A stretch of 64,000 bases of DNA from IMG/VR virus record IMGVR_UViG_3300032046_000009; one strand, given 5' to 3'. How positions within the stretch are numbered: position 1 is the first letter of the stretch; each line of letters begins with the position of its first letter. The stretch comes from a virus. Taxonomy: Duplodnaviria > Heunggongvirae > Uroviricota > Caudoviricetes. Of the stretch, positions 17,211 through 25,931 are shown piece after piece. The notes below the pieces were generated by a model. The model saw nothing but the letters and a program-made list of their open reading frames with translations. It was not told the origin of the DNA and made no database searches. The translations under genes were made by a program, and so were the position numbers.

Positions 17211-18938
17211 TCACTTCTGGGTTTCTACGTTTAGATACACGTTTAGGAATCTCTGAGGTAATTCGGATATTTGGTTTATCCGTGTTCGTGAGCACTTCAA
17301 GTTTTTCACTTTGCTTGCGAAGGTTTCTACATTCTCACAGTCACAGAAACCTATGAAGATACATTCAATTCCAGCTTTCGCATATTGGTCGATTAATTCC
17401 TCTGCTTTCGTTTCTTCATCACCACAGAAGCAGAAATCGGACGCAATGACCAGAATCTTTCGGCGTTCGCCTTTAATCGTATTGAACATTCTCAGGCTTG
17501 CCTCTAATCCAACGGAAACCTCAGTACCGCCAGCATTCACCGAAATAGCTCCAATTCTTGCCCGTGTGTTTTCGAAGGTTTCAAAGAAAGTCTTTACTTT
17601 CTGGGTATCTGCCCCAAAGCACCCAATACTGAACCCGTAATCGTCAACGTAATGTCCAAAGACCTCATTCAGTATAGTGGTTATCTTTTCAGCCTCTATT
17701 CGACTAACTGACCCTGAGAAATCGAACCAAAATTGAATTGCGACTTGTTCCTTCTCAAATTTTGTTGTTGTACGCAGATACACATTGCGAACGGTTCCCC
17801 TAAAGCTGTTTGTGTAGATGCGTGGAACAATTGGACTCATCATTTTTCCGCGTTTCTGGAAAATGTCCCGTTGAACTCTCGGTTTCATTTTCTTCTTTAG
17901 TTGATTCAATAGCTCGGAAATTTCAGGCTTGCATTCGTCCAGAAGTTTCGAATACGCCTCAAAATCTGGGTCTGGGGCTGGAATCTCTTCGCCTGTGCCT
18001 TCGCCAGCACCCGAACCTTTCTGCAAATCTTCTAGGTGTTTCTTCTTGTCCTCTTCTGCCTTTTCTTGCTCTTCCTCTTTTTCTAGTAATTGCCTAAGTC
18101 TGTCCGATATTTTGCCCTTTACGTTGCCCCCTCTTCTAGAAACGACATATTCCTTTGTCGTATAGTCAGCGTTCAAGTGTTTAGCTACCAATTCATAAAT
18201 CGTTTGGCAAGACCTTATTATGTCGAGTTTGACACGTTGATATTTCGTCCCCTCTAGCACTTTAAGGGCTGTTTCACAGTCCTTTCTAGCATCTGGGCTT
18301 AGTTTGTTCCATAACTCTGTGCATTTAGCCTCATATAGACCTTCATTGCACAAAATTGCAACCATGTAAACCCCGTCTTGTTGTCCAGCTTGAATTGTCA
18401 TGTTTGGAATTTCGTTTTCGCCTAAGTTTTCGCCCTTCGGTAAGATGGTTGACATGGCTATTTGTGGCTTTTCAATTGTGTTGTCTATCATGTCTTTTAG
18501 TATCAAATTCGCCAAAAGTAGCCTCTTGCCGACATCAAACCTGTATCTGAGAATTATGAAATGATTCACGCGCTTATCTTCAACTATGTTGCAAACTTCG
18601 TGAGCCAGCTTGTAAAATCCTCTCTGTCGTTTGATTTTTGTTGTCCAATTGTTGAAAAATTCCCAATTCGGTTTTGTTAGAATCAGATGACCGCACTCGT
18701 GAACCATGTCACCGTCTAGGATTTTTCGGAATAGACGGGGCGATGTTTTCACGAAATCGGGATAACTCTGTAAACTCAAAGAAATCTCAAAGTTTTCCAT
18801 ATTGAAAGCAGAAGTTGGTTGTTCTGGAATATACTTGATACGAATCCGTTTGTCCTTCGTAATTGCTATGGCAAGATTCCTCATCTCGTCAAGTATCTTA
18901 GAGAAGTTGTTCGTCTTTGCTTGTTTCTGCTTTGTCAT
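17211..18938 (-). CDS. von Willebrand factor A domain protein with N-terminal HExxH (HECGH) zincin-like motif and acidic linker
   Basis: MIDAS motif DFSGSVS plus downstream GGTE and D; 575 aa; adjacent to the MoxR ATPase. Confidence 0.6.
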   Translation of the reverse strand: MTKQKQAKTNNFSKILDEMRNLAIAITKDKRIRIKYIPEQPTSAFNMENFEISLSLQSYPDFVKTSPRLFRKILDGDMVHECGHLILTKPNWEFFNNWTTKIKRQRGFYKLAHEVCNIVEDKRVNHFIILRYRFDVGKRLLLANLILKDMIDNTIEKPQIAMSTILPKGENLGENEIPNMTIQAGQQDGVYMVAILCNEGLYEAKCTELWNKLSPDARKDCETALKVLEGTKYQRVKLDIIRSCQTIYELVAKHLNADYTTKEYVVSRRGGNVKGKISDRLRQLLEKEEEQEKAEEDKKKHLEDLQKGSGAGEGTGEEIPAPDPDFEAYSKLLDECKPEISELLNQLKKKMKPRVQRDIFQKRGKMMSPIVPRIYTNSFRGTVRNVYLRTTTKFEKEQVAIQFWFDFSGSVSRIEAEKITTILNEVFGHYVDDYGFSIGCFGADTQKVKTFFETFENTRARIGAISVNAGGTEVSVGLEASLRMFNTIKGERRKILVIASDFCFCGDEETKAEELIDQYAKAGIECIFIGFCDCENVETFASKVKNLKCSRTRINQISELPQRFLNVYLNVETQK

Positions 18939-18962
18939 TTTTCCACACCTTTATAGATGCCA

Positions 18963-19023
18963 GCGTAGCTTATAAAGGTTTCCCCAGAACGACCATGCTC
19001 GTTTTAGTTAATCAACTGTTTAA
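18963..19023 (-). promoter_or_regulatory. promoter box plus upstream near-palindrome TTAATCAACTGTTTAA
   Basis: duplicate of the 16699-16756 architecture. Confidence 0.55.
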
Positions 19024-19099
19024 AAAAGTGAAAGGTTGCACTCTGAGTGACTTAAATGTTGATGGTCAAAGGCATGGTCGAAACTTTTATTACACCTAG

Positions 19100-19200
19100 A
19101 GTTTAACTGTGCCCCGAAGTAGTGTCCCCCAAAGGACTGTGGATAATGCCCGACTCTCAATTTCATCCCCTGAGCGTTCTCTTCGGGGCAAATCGTTCAA
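19100..19200 (-). ncRNA. candidate small structured RNA (terminal 10-bp stem GCCCCGAAG...CTTCGGGGC), minus promoter at 19205-19228
   Basis: inverted repeat at 19111-19120 / 19181-19190; TATATAAAC immediately upstream in minus orientation. Confidence 0.25.
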
Positions 19201-19406
19201 TAATTTCGAACATATATAAACGATATTGAACGAGTGTCCTTCTTTTGTTCGAAGAGGCTCAAATAATGCTTTTCGACCAATGGAAACGATGTTAAAAAGA
19301 CCATCAGTCCTATGGAATCTGGGTTTCGTTCGGGTTCGTTTTGGAAAATCAGTCTTGGAAAACGGCAACGCGCAGACTTCGAATGTAAAGGCTTCGAGTT
19401 TTGAAA

Positions 19407-19422
19407 TTAATCATTTGATTAA
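19407..19422. promoter_or_regulatory. palindromic site TTAATCATTTGATTAA
   Basis: TTAATCA-NN-TGATTAA family. Confidence 0.55.
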
Positions 19423-19472
19423 ATAAGCTCAACAGTTCGCATCGTGCCTCGGCGTGAAGGGGCGTGAAGCAG

Positions 19473-19488
19473 TTAATCACCTGATTAA
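19473..19488. promoter_or_regulatory. palindromic site TTAATCACCTGATTAA
   Basis: TTAATCA-NN-TGATTAA family. Confidence 0.6.
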
Positions 19489-19744
19489 TTAAATGCGCCT
19501 CGCACCGCGTCCCGTTTGGCAAAAGCGACCATTGTGAAAGCTGTGCTGGAAATTGAGCATGGCGTTTTTAGGGAAAGATTTATAAGCTACCGTGTTGTAG
19601 TATTCACAAAGAGGCACAAATATGTTTCCGTTTGATACTCTGGGTTTCATAATAGGTTTAATTGTTCTTGCAAAAGTAGTTAAAACTTTCAGGCGACCCG
19701 TTGGTTGTCCCGACCCGTCAGAACTTGAGGAAGCACTAGAGGAC

Positions 19745-20035
19745 GAAGGCTAGGTCACACTTTCGGTGTAACTTTCCGTCCCCTCGAAAATTAAATTTTT
19801 AGTAGAATCCTGAGTGTCACATAACGCACATAGGCGTTTTTTCTTCCCAATTAGATTTCGGTTTATGGTGAAGCCCTCTGCCAGCCCCCAACGTATTCCC
19901 CAGACTTTTAATCAACTGATTAAAAAAGCACCGACTTCAGGCTTCAGTTCCCATTGGCTTCGCCCTAGCATCCAGAACGTCTTTTTCCCTAGTCTATTTA
20001 CCTGTCAAATGTAGCTAGGGGTAGGGGACTAATCG
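19745..20035. repeat. composite intergenic module copy 2
   Basis: GTCACATAACGCACATAGGCGTTTTTT ... TTAATCAACTGATTAA (19908-19923) ... AACGTCTTTTTCCC..GCTAGGGGTAGGGGACTA. Confidence 0.6.
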
Positions 20036-20154
20036 AACCGAACTTTCTCTTTTTGTTTATACAATAGTTTTAGACATTCGGGACAAAAAAGTGCACGACT
20101 TCCAGCGAAGGGTTTGCAGAACCAAAGTTTTCCACATCTAAAACATTCTATCAT
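20029..20154 (-). CDS. VxFT-tail family (about 41 aa, KEKVRFD, TAG stop), terminal member of array 4
   Basis: hand-translated MIECFRCGKLWFCKPF... Confidence 0.4.
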   Translation of the reverse strand: MIECFRCGKLWFCKPFAGSRALFCPECLKLLYKQKEKVRFD

Positions 20155-20165
20155 TTTCTCTTCTG

Positions 20166-20396
20166 TCAATCGAAACTCACCTTTTCTGGAATCCGAAACA
20201 TAAGTTCAGAAATTCTAATATCGACTTTTCTCTTCTTTATCAGACAAACCATTTGCATTGGAAAATTTCTCTCTTTTTTATGTAGTTCCGCAGACCTAGT
20301 TAATCGGTTGCTCAATGCTTGTAAAGTATGAATTTCACTTTTCAATTCGACAAGTGGTTTCTTTTTCCATTGTGCAAGCGGAGATTTATGGGTCAT
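20166..20396 (-). CDS. VxFT-tail family variant (PEKVSFD)
   Basis: track ORF. Confidence 0.5.
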   Translation of the reverse strand: MTHKSPLAQWKKKPLVELKSEIHTLQALSNRLTRSAELHKKERNFPMQMVCLIKKRKVDIRISELMFRIPEKVSFD

Positions 20397-20608
20397 GTGA
20401 ATGACACCGTTTCTTTAGCTTTACAGAATCGTGAACAAACTTCTTTCAAATCTTTTGGGTATTCCCCAACTTCGGATTTCTCAAACTTTCGCGCACAATC
20501 GGAGCAATAACAACCCCCGTATTGCACTTTGCCATGACTAAGACCTAATCTAGCGCACCCATTATTGCACACGAAATGTTTTCCGCATTTTCCACAAATT
20601 TTGTTCAT
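20393..20608 (-). CDS. VxFT-tail family (KETVSFT), CxxCGKxFxC subfamily
   Basis: track ORF. Confidence 0.6.
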   Translation of the reverse strand: MNKICGKCGKHFVCNNGCARLGLSHGKVQYGGCYCSDCARKFEKSEVGEYPKDLKEVCSRFCKAKETVSFT

Positions 20609-20883
20609 GTGAATCGAACAACCTCTCTCATATTAAACCAGAGATTCCAGCAATATTCCCATCTTCCAAAATGTTTCCCATGAAAGATGCCCCATTCGTC
20701 ATAACATCCTCTACAAATCCAGATGTTATGTTTAAATCCGCTATTTACTAAAAAGATTAAAACCGCATCTATCGTTTTGGTATCTTCGTCTTTATGTTCA
20801 AAATTATTAGAATTGCTTACGTGGAACCATTTCTTTTTTGGAAGAGTTACAGTTATTGGTTTTCCACATTTCGAACATTTCAA
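20605..20883 (-). CDS. VxFT-tail family (REVVRFT)
   Basis: track ORF. Confidence 0.6.
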   Translation of the reverse strand: MKCSKCGKPITVTLPKKKWFHVSNSNNFEHKDEDTKTIDAVLIFLVNSGFKHNIWICRGCYDEWGIFHGKHFGRWEYCWNLWFNMREVVRFT

Positions 20884-21089
20884 GTGAACTCTACCTTCTC
20901 TTTGAGTTTGGCTAAATATTCTGGAATATGGTCTGAAATTATTATGTCATTCGGATATTTTTCATGACTCCACTTGACAAAAACCATCCAACATTTTATA
21001 CAAAGAAACGCCCATTTTCCGTTATTCTTTTCTCCGCACACGGGACAAAAATCTGGAAGTTCTTCTTTATCAACGAGTTTGTTTGTCAA
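20880..21089 (-). CDS. VxFT-tail family (KEKVEFT); TTG start at the TTGA junction
   Basis: track ORF 20880..21131 trimmed. Confidence 0.55.
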   Translation of the reverse strand: MTNKLVDKEELPDFCPVCGEKNNGKWAFLCIKCWMVFVKWSHEKYPNDIIISDHIPEYLAKLKEKVEFT

Positions 21090-21283
21090 GTGAATAACAC
21101 CTTCTCTTTTTCGGGTATTCCCCCATAGCACAATTCAAGTGACCCTATATCTTCAGTAAATTTTGTTCCCCATTTTTTGATTGAACATTCTTTACAATAG
21201 CATAATGTAGCGTCTGGGGAACATTCTTCGTCACAATTACAGAAGAACTTTTTTCCGCAAACTTGGCACGTCATTTCTTTCAA
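21086..21283 (-). CDS. VxFT-tail family (KEKVLFT), CxxCGKxFxC subfamily
   Basis: track ORF. Confidence 0.6.
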   Translation of the reverse strand: MKEMTCQVCGKKFFCNCDEECSPDATLCYCKECSIKKWGTKFTEDIGSLELCYGGIPEKEKVLFT

Positions 21284-21423
21284 GTGAATTGAACCTCTTC
21301 TTTTTGTTTTCTCACTTCACAAATCGAACGTTGTCTGCAACTCTTTTGACAAAAATCGTCATAATGATTTATCTCCCCGACATCGCAGTAAATTATTTTT
21401 CCAGCGCAGTATATTTCCGTCAT
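21280..21423 (-). CDS. VxFT-tail family (46 aa, EEVQFT)
   Basis: hand-translated MTEIYCAGKIIYCDVGE... Confidence 0.45.
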   Translation of the reverse strand: MTEIYCAGKIIYCDVGEINHYDDFCQKSCRQRSICEVRKQKEEVQFT

Positions 21424-21629
21424 GTGAATTGCACCACTTCTTTTAAGTCAACCTCTTCGCAACCTTCTGGACGACCCGACCCATGATTGCATTTTTCACA
21501 CCAACAAACGCTATATTCGTGAGGACATTTTCCCGTTATTGAAGATTTAGTCCATCCTCTCCCTTTACAAGTGAAAGTTCTACCACAATTACCGCACTTC
21601 TTTGTTAGAGCTAATGGATATTTCTTCAT
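21420..21629 (-). CDS. VxFT-tail family (KEVVQFT)
   Basis: track ORF. Confidence 0.6.
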   Translation of the reverse strand: MKKYPLALTKKCGNCGRTFTCKGRGWTKSSITGKCPHEYSVCWCEKCNHGSGRPEGCEEVDLKEVVQFT

Positions 21630-21841
21630 GTAAATTGCACTACCTCTTTATCTACCCTTTTAATAAACTTGTCCCAGAGAAAGGTTGCTTTTGCTTCGGA
21701 TTCTGGAATGTCGGCATCGTTTTTGTGAAGTTCGTAAAAATTATACCATTTTTCTCTGCATTTTTGACAAAGAATATCGTTATTCGTTTGAAAAGATTCA
21801 CCGCATTTTTCACAAATACGATTATAGGATTTTTGTGTCAT
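21626..21841 (-). CDS. VxFT-tail family (KEVVQFT)
   Basis: track ORF. Confidence 0.6.
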   Translation of the reverse strand: MTQKSYNRICEKCGESFQTNNDILCQKCREKWYNFYELHKNDADIPESEAKATFLWDKFIKRVDKEVVQFT

Positions 21842-21939
21842 GTGAATTGCACTCTCACGGGTTCTTTCTCAATTTCAAAACGGTCATACCATTTTTTGAG
21901 ACTTCTATATTTTGTAAAAATATGTTGTAGATGGTTCAT
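21838..21939 (-). CDS. VxFT-tail family mini member (33 aa, PVRVQFT)
   Basis: track ORF 21838..22041 trimmed to the ATGA junction. Confidence 0.45.
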   Translation of the reverse strand: MNHLQHIFTKYRSLKKWYDRFEIEKEPVRVQFT

Positions 21940-22151
21940 GTAAATTGTACAACCTCTTGATAACGATATTTGTTTCGCTCCATTCGTTCTTCGCAAGAAC
22001 GACCATTTTCCCTTACTGTTTTTGCGTGGCATAATCCACATTCACAACCATTACTATGTTTGCTCTTTTCAAGTTTTCCACAATCATTATCACAGTAAAA
22101 AATTCGTCCACACGTTCTACAAGTTCTTTTGAAAAGTTCGGGGACTATCAT
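21936..22151 (-). CDS. VxFT-tail family (QEVVQFT)
   Basis: track ORF. Confidence 0.6.
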   Translation of the reverse strand: MIVPELFKRTCRTCGRIFYCDNDCGKLEKSKHSNGCECGLCHAKTVRENGRSCEERMERNKYRYQEVVQFT

Positions 22152-22528
22152 GTAAACTCAACCTTTTCTTTTGAATGTAAACGTACAAGTTCGCTATATC
22201 CCTCATTTATTTCTAGTGTCATATCTAAAATTTCTGAATATGCCAAGTCGGTTGTGACAGTCCCGTAACAAGTTCCACTAGCAATTACCTTATCGCCCTT
22301 CCAAATCTCATAGTCAAATTGGTAGCTATCATTTTCTTTATCTATCTCTTTGAAAGCTCCAATAGGAAAAATCAGTTCAAACCCCTTATCCCATAATTTC
22401 TCCCGTTTCAAAATGATAAGGATATTTTTCTCTATCGTGTCATCTGAATATTCTTCCATAATATCTGTTAGTTCGGTTTCAAACTCAGGTTCTTTGCGTA
22501 AAGTCCAATTCGAAAAAGTGCCACTCAA
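22148..22528 (-). CDS. VxFT-tail family, larger non-Cys member (126 aa, KEKVEFT), TTG start
   Basis: track ORF. Confidence 0.55.
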   Translation of the reverse strand: MSGTFSNWTLRKEPEFETELTDIMEEYSDDTIEKNILIILKREKLWDKGFELIFPIGAFKEIDKENDSYQFDYEIWKGDKVIASGTCYGTVTTDLAYSEILDMTLEINEGYSELVRLHSKEKVEFT

Positions 22529-22670
22529 GTAAACTCAACTCGCTCTCTGTTATCTGGAATAAAGCAAGTCCAACTTGTGCAATACCACAATCCTCTTTTT
22601 GAATCCCATACTCTTCCCTCACAATCCAACTCACACTTTTTGCAATAATCAGGTTGTTCGTTTCGATTCA
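22525..22670 (-). CDS. VxFT-tail family (RERVEFT); start at the ATGA junction
   Basis: track ORF 22525..22731 trimmed. Confidence 0.5.
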
Positions 22671-22895
22671 TGTAAATTCTACCTGTTCTTTGTCTATAAT
22701 TCCTATGAACTTGTGATACTCTTCTTTCCAAACTTTATTTTGAAGTTGGAAACCTTCTAATATCTGAATCTTTTTCTCATAAATTTTTATCCAAACTGTT
22801 CTGCACCCCATACAAATAATTCTCATAGTTTCTTTAGATTCTCCTATCTTAACTTCTCGTCCCTGAATTTCTTTGTGACATTTAGCGCACTTCAA
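22668..22895 (-). CDS. VxFT-tail family (KEQVEFT); TTG start
   Basis: track ORF 22668..22934 trimmed. Confidence 0.55.
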   Translation of the reverse strand: MKCAKCHKEIQGREVKIGESKETMRIICMGCRTVWIKIYEKKIQILEGFQLQNKVWKEEYHKFIGIIDKEQVEFT

Positions 22896-23050
22896 GTGAA
22901 CAATACCTTCTCTCTGATTTTGATTTCTCTGCACAAAATTTTGTAAGGATAATTTTCTCTGTCAGCACCACATGAATGACTTTTACAAGTTTTATAGCAG
23001 AAGTTAGCACAACCGTTGCAATGACACTTTTCACAATCGGGGTTATTCAT
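22892..23050 (-). CDS. VxFT-tail family (48 aa, REKVLFT)
   Basis: hand-translated MNNPDCEKCHCNGCANFC... Confidence 0.45.
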   Translation of the reverse strand: MNNPDCEKCHCNGCANFCYKTCKSHSCGADRENYPYKILCREIKIREKVLFT

Positions 23051-23313
23051 GTAAATTGCACTCGTTCTTTTTTAGGTTTGTCTATACTCTTATCCCAGAA
23101 GTTAGGAAGTTCGCCTAGAAAAACAGCCCAACTTGCGTGATGTCCATTTATGCCCTGAGTATATTTTCTTTCAATATCCCTTCCATATTTGTGATGAAAT
23201 TTGTGCCACATCGCAAGACAATCTTTGCACAAAGAAACGTCTATCATATCATCGTCCCGATTATATTCAGGAACCCATGCACCACATTTTAGACAATCCG
23301 TTTTCAACATCAT
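23047..23313 (-). CDS. VxFT-tail family (KERVQFT)
   Basis: track ORF. Confidence 0.6.
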   Translation of the reverse strand: MMLKTDCLKCGAWVPEYNRDDDMIDVSLCKDCLAMWHKFHHKYGRDIERKYTQGINGHHASWAVFLGELPNFWDKSIDKPKKERVQFT

Positions 23314-23585
23314 GTGAAGTCCACTTTCTCAGGTTTCATTGTTACCTGTAATTCAAAATCATCGTATGCAAGAAGGTCTTTGCCAACACGAACAAGATAT
23401 TGAACGTGTGTAGAATTTACGTCTTTAATGTCTGTTATAGAGCCTATTTTGTCAATGAACCCTATCTTGCCTTTGTTTTCCCCCCTCAATATTTTTACGT
23501 CATCGTCTAGTTTAAGTTTTGTTCGTTGCTTAACAAGTTTGTCTATCTGAGCGCGAAACGCTTTACTTCCTTCCATTGCAGACAC
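23310..23585 (-). CDS. VxFT-tail family, non-Cys first member of array 4 (PEKVDFT)
   Basis: track ORF; promoter box 23608-23645. Confidence 0.55.
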   Translation of the reverse strand: MSAMEGSKAFRAQIDKLVKQRTKLKLDDDVKILRGENKGKIGFIDKIGSITDIKDVNSTHVQYLVRVGKDLLAYDDFELQVTMKPEKVDFT

Positions 23586-23639
23586 TCAGTTATGTCTATG
23601 TGTTCGTCCTATATAAATGTATGCCTAGAACGAACGTAC

Positions 23640-23876
23640 TCAGCAAACGTAACCTCTAAGTCTTTCCTTCCTTTTTTCGGGGTTCTCAACCATTTCTTCC
23701 GAAAACGCCAACTCGGAAACGGCTTGTTTCTCCGCATTAAATTGTCGTGTGAATATCGGGGTCGGATTATCGCAGATGAAAAGAATCGCCGTTCCCTTCA
23801 TTCGTCTAAGTTCTGCATTCGGGTCTTTCTTTTTCTTTTGGGCTTCAATGTAAATCGAAGATTCAAGCGTTGGCAT
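23640..23876 (-). CDS. hypothetical protein (78 aa), last gene of a five-gene operon of small proteins
   Basis: track ORF. Confidence 0.45.
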   Translation of the reverse strand: MPTLESSIYIEAQKKKKDPNAELRRMKGTAILFICDNPTPIFTRQFNAEKQAVSELAFSEEMVENPEKRKERLRGYVC

Positions 23877-24033
23877 CGTCTATTTTCTCCATTGCTTTTC
23901 TTAATTCGATAACTATTTCTGTTGCATCTTCTTTTGAATAGCCTAGAACTCTGAGTCTTTCGTAAACTCTTGACCGAAAGTCTATCTTTCGAACTAGGTC
24001 TTTTACTTGTTCATCTGTTGCTTGTTTTGGCAT
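23863..24033 (-). CDS. hypothetical small protein (56 aa, MPKQATDEQVKDL...)
   Basis: hand-translated; overlapping junction. Confidence 0.35.
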   Translation of the reverse strand: MPKQATDEQVKDLVRKIDFRSRVYERLRVLGYSKEDATEIVIELRKAMEKIDDANA

Positions 24034-24034
24034 T

Positions 24035-24169
24035 TTACTTTTCTCCTAGAAACTTCTCAACTTTTTTTACAATCTCCGAAGCAACTATTTCTGAATCGAC
24101 ATCTTCTCCGTAGTATTTCAATTGTTTGTCCAATTCCTTTAAGACAACATCATAAAGGGTTTTTGGCAT
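24035..24169 (-). CDS. hypothetical small protein (44 aa, MPKTLYDVVLKEL...)
   Basis: hand-translated. Confidence 0.35.
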   Translation of the reverse strand: MPKTLYDVVLKELDKQLKYYGEDVDSEIVASEIVKKVEKFLGEK

Positions 24170-24170
24170 T

Positions 24171-24335
24171 TCATTCACCGCTAAGTTTTGCTTCCTGATT
24201 CCATGCTAAGTTGAAGAGAATCTTTTCGTCCCTGTCCAACTTTTTCTCTGCCTGTATGTAGGCTGTTTGCTTGTCCTTCGCTTTCTCAACCCAATTGCGT
24301 TTACTCGTAACTATTTTGAATTTCGGTTCAGGCAT
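24171..24335 (-). CDS. hypothetical small protein (54 aa, MPEPKFKIVTSKRN...)
   Basis: hand-translated. Confidence 0.35.
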   Translation of the reverse strand: MPEPKFKIVTSKRNWVEKAKDKQTAYIQAEKKLDRDEKILFNLAWNQEAKLSGE

Positions 24336-24556
24336 TAACCTTCGTCCTCTTCGAATGTTCGAGTTATATTTCCCTGTTTATCTAGGTAGCCAGCTTCGAT
24401 TAATTGGTGAGCCATGCGTCCGTAGGTTCCCTGTAAACTCCAAGCGTGTCCGTTTTTCACTAGCATCGAGAAAAGTTCCAGAGTTTTCTGTTCGTCTAGT
24501 TCGCCTGATTCGTAGGCGATAATCAAATCAACTTCGGAGTCCATTTTTATCAACAA
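24335..24556 (-). CDS. hypothetical acidic protein (73 aa)
   Basis: track ORF; promoter box 24570-24603. Confidence 0.45.
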   Translation of the reverse strand: MLIKMDSEVDLIIAYESGELDEQKTLELFSMLVKNGHAWSLQGTYGRMAHQLIEAGYLDKQGNITRTFEEDEG

Positions 24557-24605
24557 GAGTATATTAGCATCGTCCTATATAAACCTTAGCCCAGAACTAC
24601 CATAC

Positions 24606-24893
24606 TCAAGTGAACTGAACTACTTCTTTTATAGCGTTCCTTATATCGCCTAGTGAAGTAATTTTAATATCCAAAATCATCTCATCTGCCATCTGTTGAA
24701 AGTGTTCTATCTCGCTTTCGTGTATCTCTTCAAATGAACATTTAGATATATGTTCTCCGTCATCGTAGTCATCTTCAAAAAACATAGAGCAAAGAGCACA
24801 TTCCTCTGAACCCCCACTTATACCCCCTCTAAATTTTACTGCAAGAGGGTCATTAGAATACGCAAGCCATCTTAAACTAACTTTACGTGTCAT
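24606..24893 (-). CDS. VxFT-tail family (KEVVQFT); stop embedded in the next promoter box
   Basis: track ORF. Confidence 0.6.
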   Translation of the reverse strand: MTRKVSLRWLAYSNDPLAVKFRGGISGGSEECALCSMFFEDDYDDGEHISKCSFEEIHESEIEHFQQMADEMILDIKITSLGDIRNAIKEVVQFT

Positions 24894-25105
24894 GTGAACT
24901 CAACCCTCTCTTTTCTTTTTTCTTTCAAAATTAGCTTTTTGAAACATTCGGGACAAAGCCACCAAAACTTGTGAGCAAATTTTACTCTTCCCCCATTGCC
25001 TATTTCTCTAATACTACTTGCGAACTTCTCACAATTATAACAAGTAAGTTTCTCTCTATAATCTGGGGGGTCATAATCTTCTTCTAGCGGAATTTTTTCG
25101 GTCAA
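24890..25105 (-). CDS. VxFT-tail family (KERVEFT); probable TTG start at the junction
   Basis: track ORF 24890..25114. Confidence 0.55.
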   Translation of the reverse strand: MTEKIPLEEDYDPPDYREKLTCYNCEKFASSIREIGNGGRVKFAHKFWWLCPECFKKLILKEKRKERVEFT

Positions 25106-25266
25106 GTGAAACACACAACTTCCTTTTTAGGCTTTTTGCCACTAACATCGCACACAGAATACATGTCACACTTTTGGCATCTGTCTTGTAAATAGTTTGT
25201 GCATATCAAAACTTTCAGAGTAGTTACGCCCGTTTTTATGTTAGCTTGCAGTTGCATTCTTCTCAA
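25102..25266 (-). CDS. VxFT-tail family (about 53 aa, KEVVCFT)
   Basis: hand-translated. Confidence 0.4.
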   Translation of the reverse strand: MRRMQLQANIKTGVTTLKVLICTNYLQDRCQKCDMYSVCDVSGKKPKKEVVCFT

Positions 25267-25391
25267 GTGAAGGACACCTTTTCTTTATTCTCCAAGATGT
25301 AAATTAATGCCTGAGCAATTATTTGCTGATTCTGTTGGACATTTCCTGTTGGAACAGATTTTAGATTTTTGATTATCTGTTCTCGATTCAA
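25263..25391 (-). CDS. VxFT-tail family, non-Cys helical member (42 aa, KEKVSFT)
   Basis: hand-translated. Confidence 0.4.
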   Translation of the reverse strand: MNREQIIKNLKSVPTGNVQQNQQIIAQALIYILENKEKVSFT

Positions 25392-25537
25392 GTGAATTGC
25401 ACTTCCTCTTGTTCTTCTAAATATGGAATCCCATGAACTATTTTTTGAACCAGATAACGATAACCGTTTTTGTGAAAGACATCTCCAACTTTCAACTCTT
25501 CTCTGTTGGCTTGTCCTCTGGGTATTATTTTGTTCAA
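25388..25537 (-). CDS. VxFT-tail family, non-Cys member (50 aa, EEVQFT)
   Basis: hand-translated. Confidence 0.4.
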   Translation of the reverse strand: MNKIIPRGQANREELKVGDVFHKNGYRYLVQKIVHGIPYLEEQEEVQFT

Positions 25538-25707
25538 GTGAACATCACTATTTCCCTTTCATTTGGTTGCTTGACTTTAAGACATTCTACAAGTCTTTCT
25601 TTCTTTTTCACCCAACAATCAGGACATAAACATTGGTTCATCTTTCTATTTTTCGCATCACATGATTGCTTGCAATTAAACTCTTTTTTACAATTTTTAC
25701 ACTTCAA
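25534..25707 (-). CDS. VxFT-tail family (56 aa, EIVMFT), CxxCxxxFxC subfamily
   Basis: hand-translated MKCKNCKKEFNCKQSCD... Confidence 0.45.
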   Translation of the reverse strand: MKCKNCKKEFNCKQSCDAKNRKMNQCLCPDCWVKKKERLVECLKVKQPNEREIVMFT

Positions 25708-25931
25708 GTAAACTTCACCCTTTCCTTTACTTTCTCTTTATCCCATTTTGCGAAAAGGTCTATTCCTTGTTTCCAAGTTATACAACTGCTTCCTGTCGTC
25801 TTAATGGATTTTTCGCTGTGTTTTCCTATATTCTCATATCTCGTTCCATATTGTTCTCCTTTCGTATCACAATATCCTTTTTTTCGGTTGTTAAACAAAC
25901 AGTTGAAACAGCCCTGTGTTGGTAAACTCAA
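25704..25931 (-). CDS. VxFT-tail family (ERVKFT)
   Basis: track ORF. Confidence 0.6.
   Translation of the reverse strand: MSLPTQGCFNCLFNNRKKGYCDTKGEQYGTRYENIGKHSEKSIKTTGSSCITWKQGIDLFAKWDKEKVKERVKFT

Noticed and set aside
19100-19200. Box C/D sRNA assignment for the stem-closed element
   Set aside because: The candidate C box is GGATGA rather than RUGAUGA, and no D box (CUGA) lies before the terminal stem. It is kept only as a generic small-RNA candidate.
19096-19368. 90-aa minus ORF
   Set aside because: It overlaps a hairpin-rich GC island with its own short-RNA-like promoter. The Arg/Thr-rich composition suggests a chance ORF.
24890-25114. Track start at 25114 (GTG) for the tail-family gene
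   Set aside because: A TTG start at the TTGA junction (25105) fits the pattern seen at all other junctions. The 5 prime extension is the overlapping frame of the upstream member.
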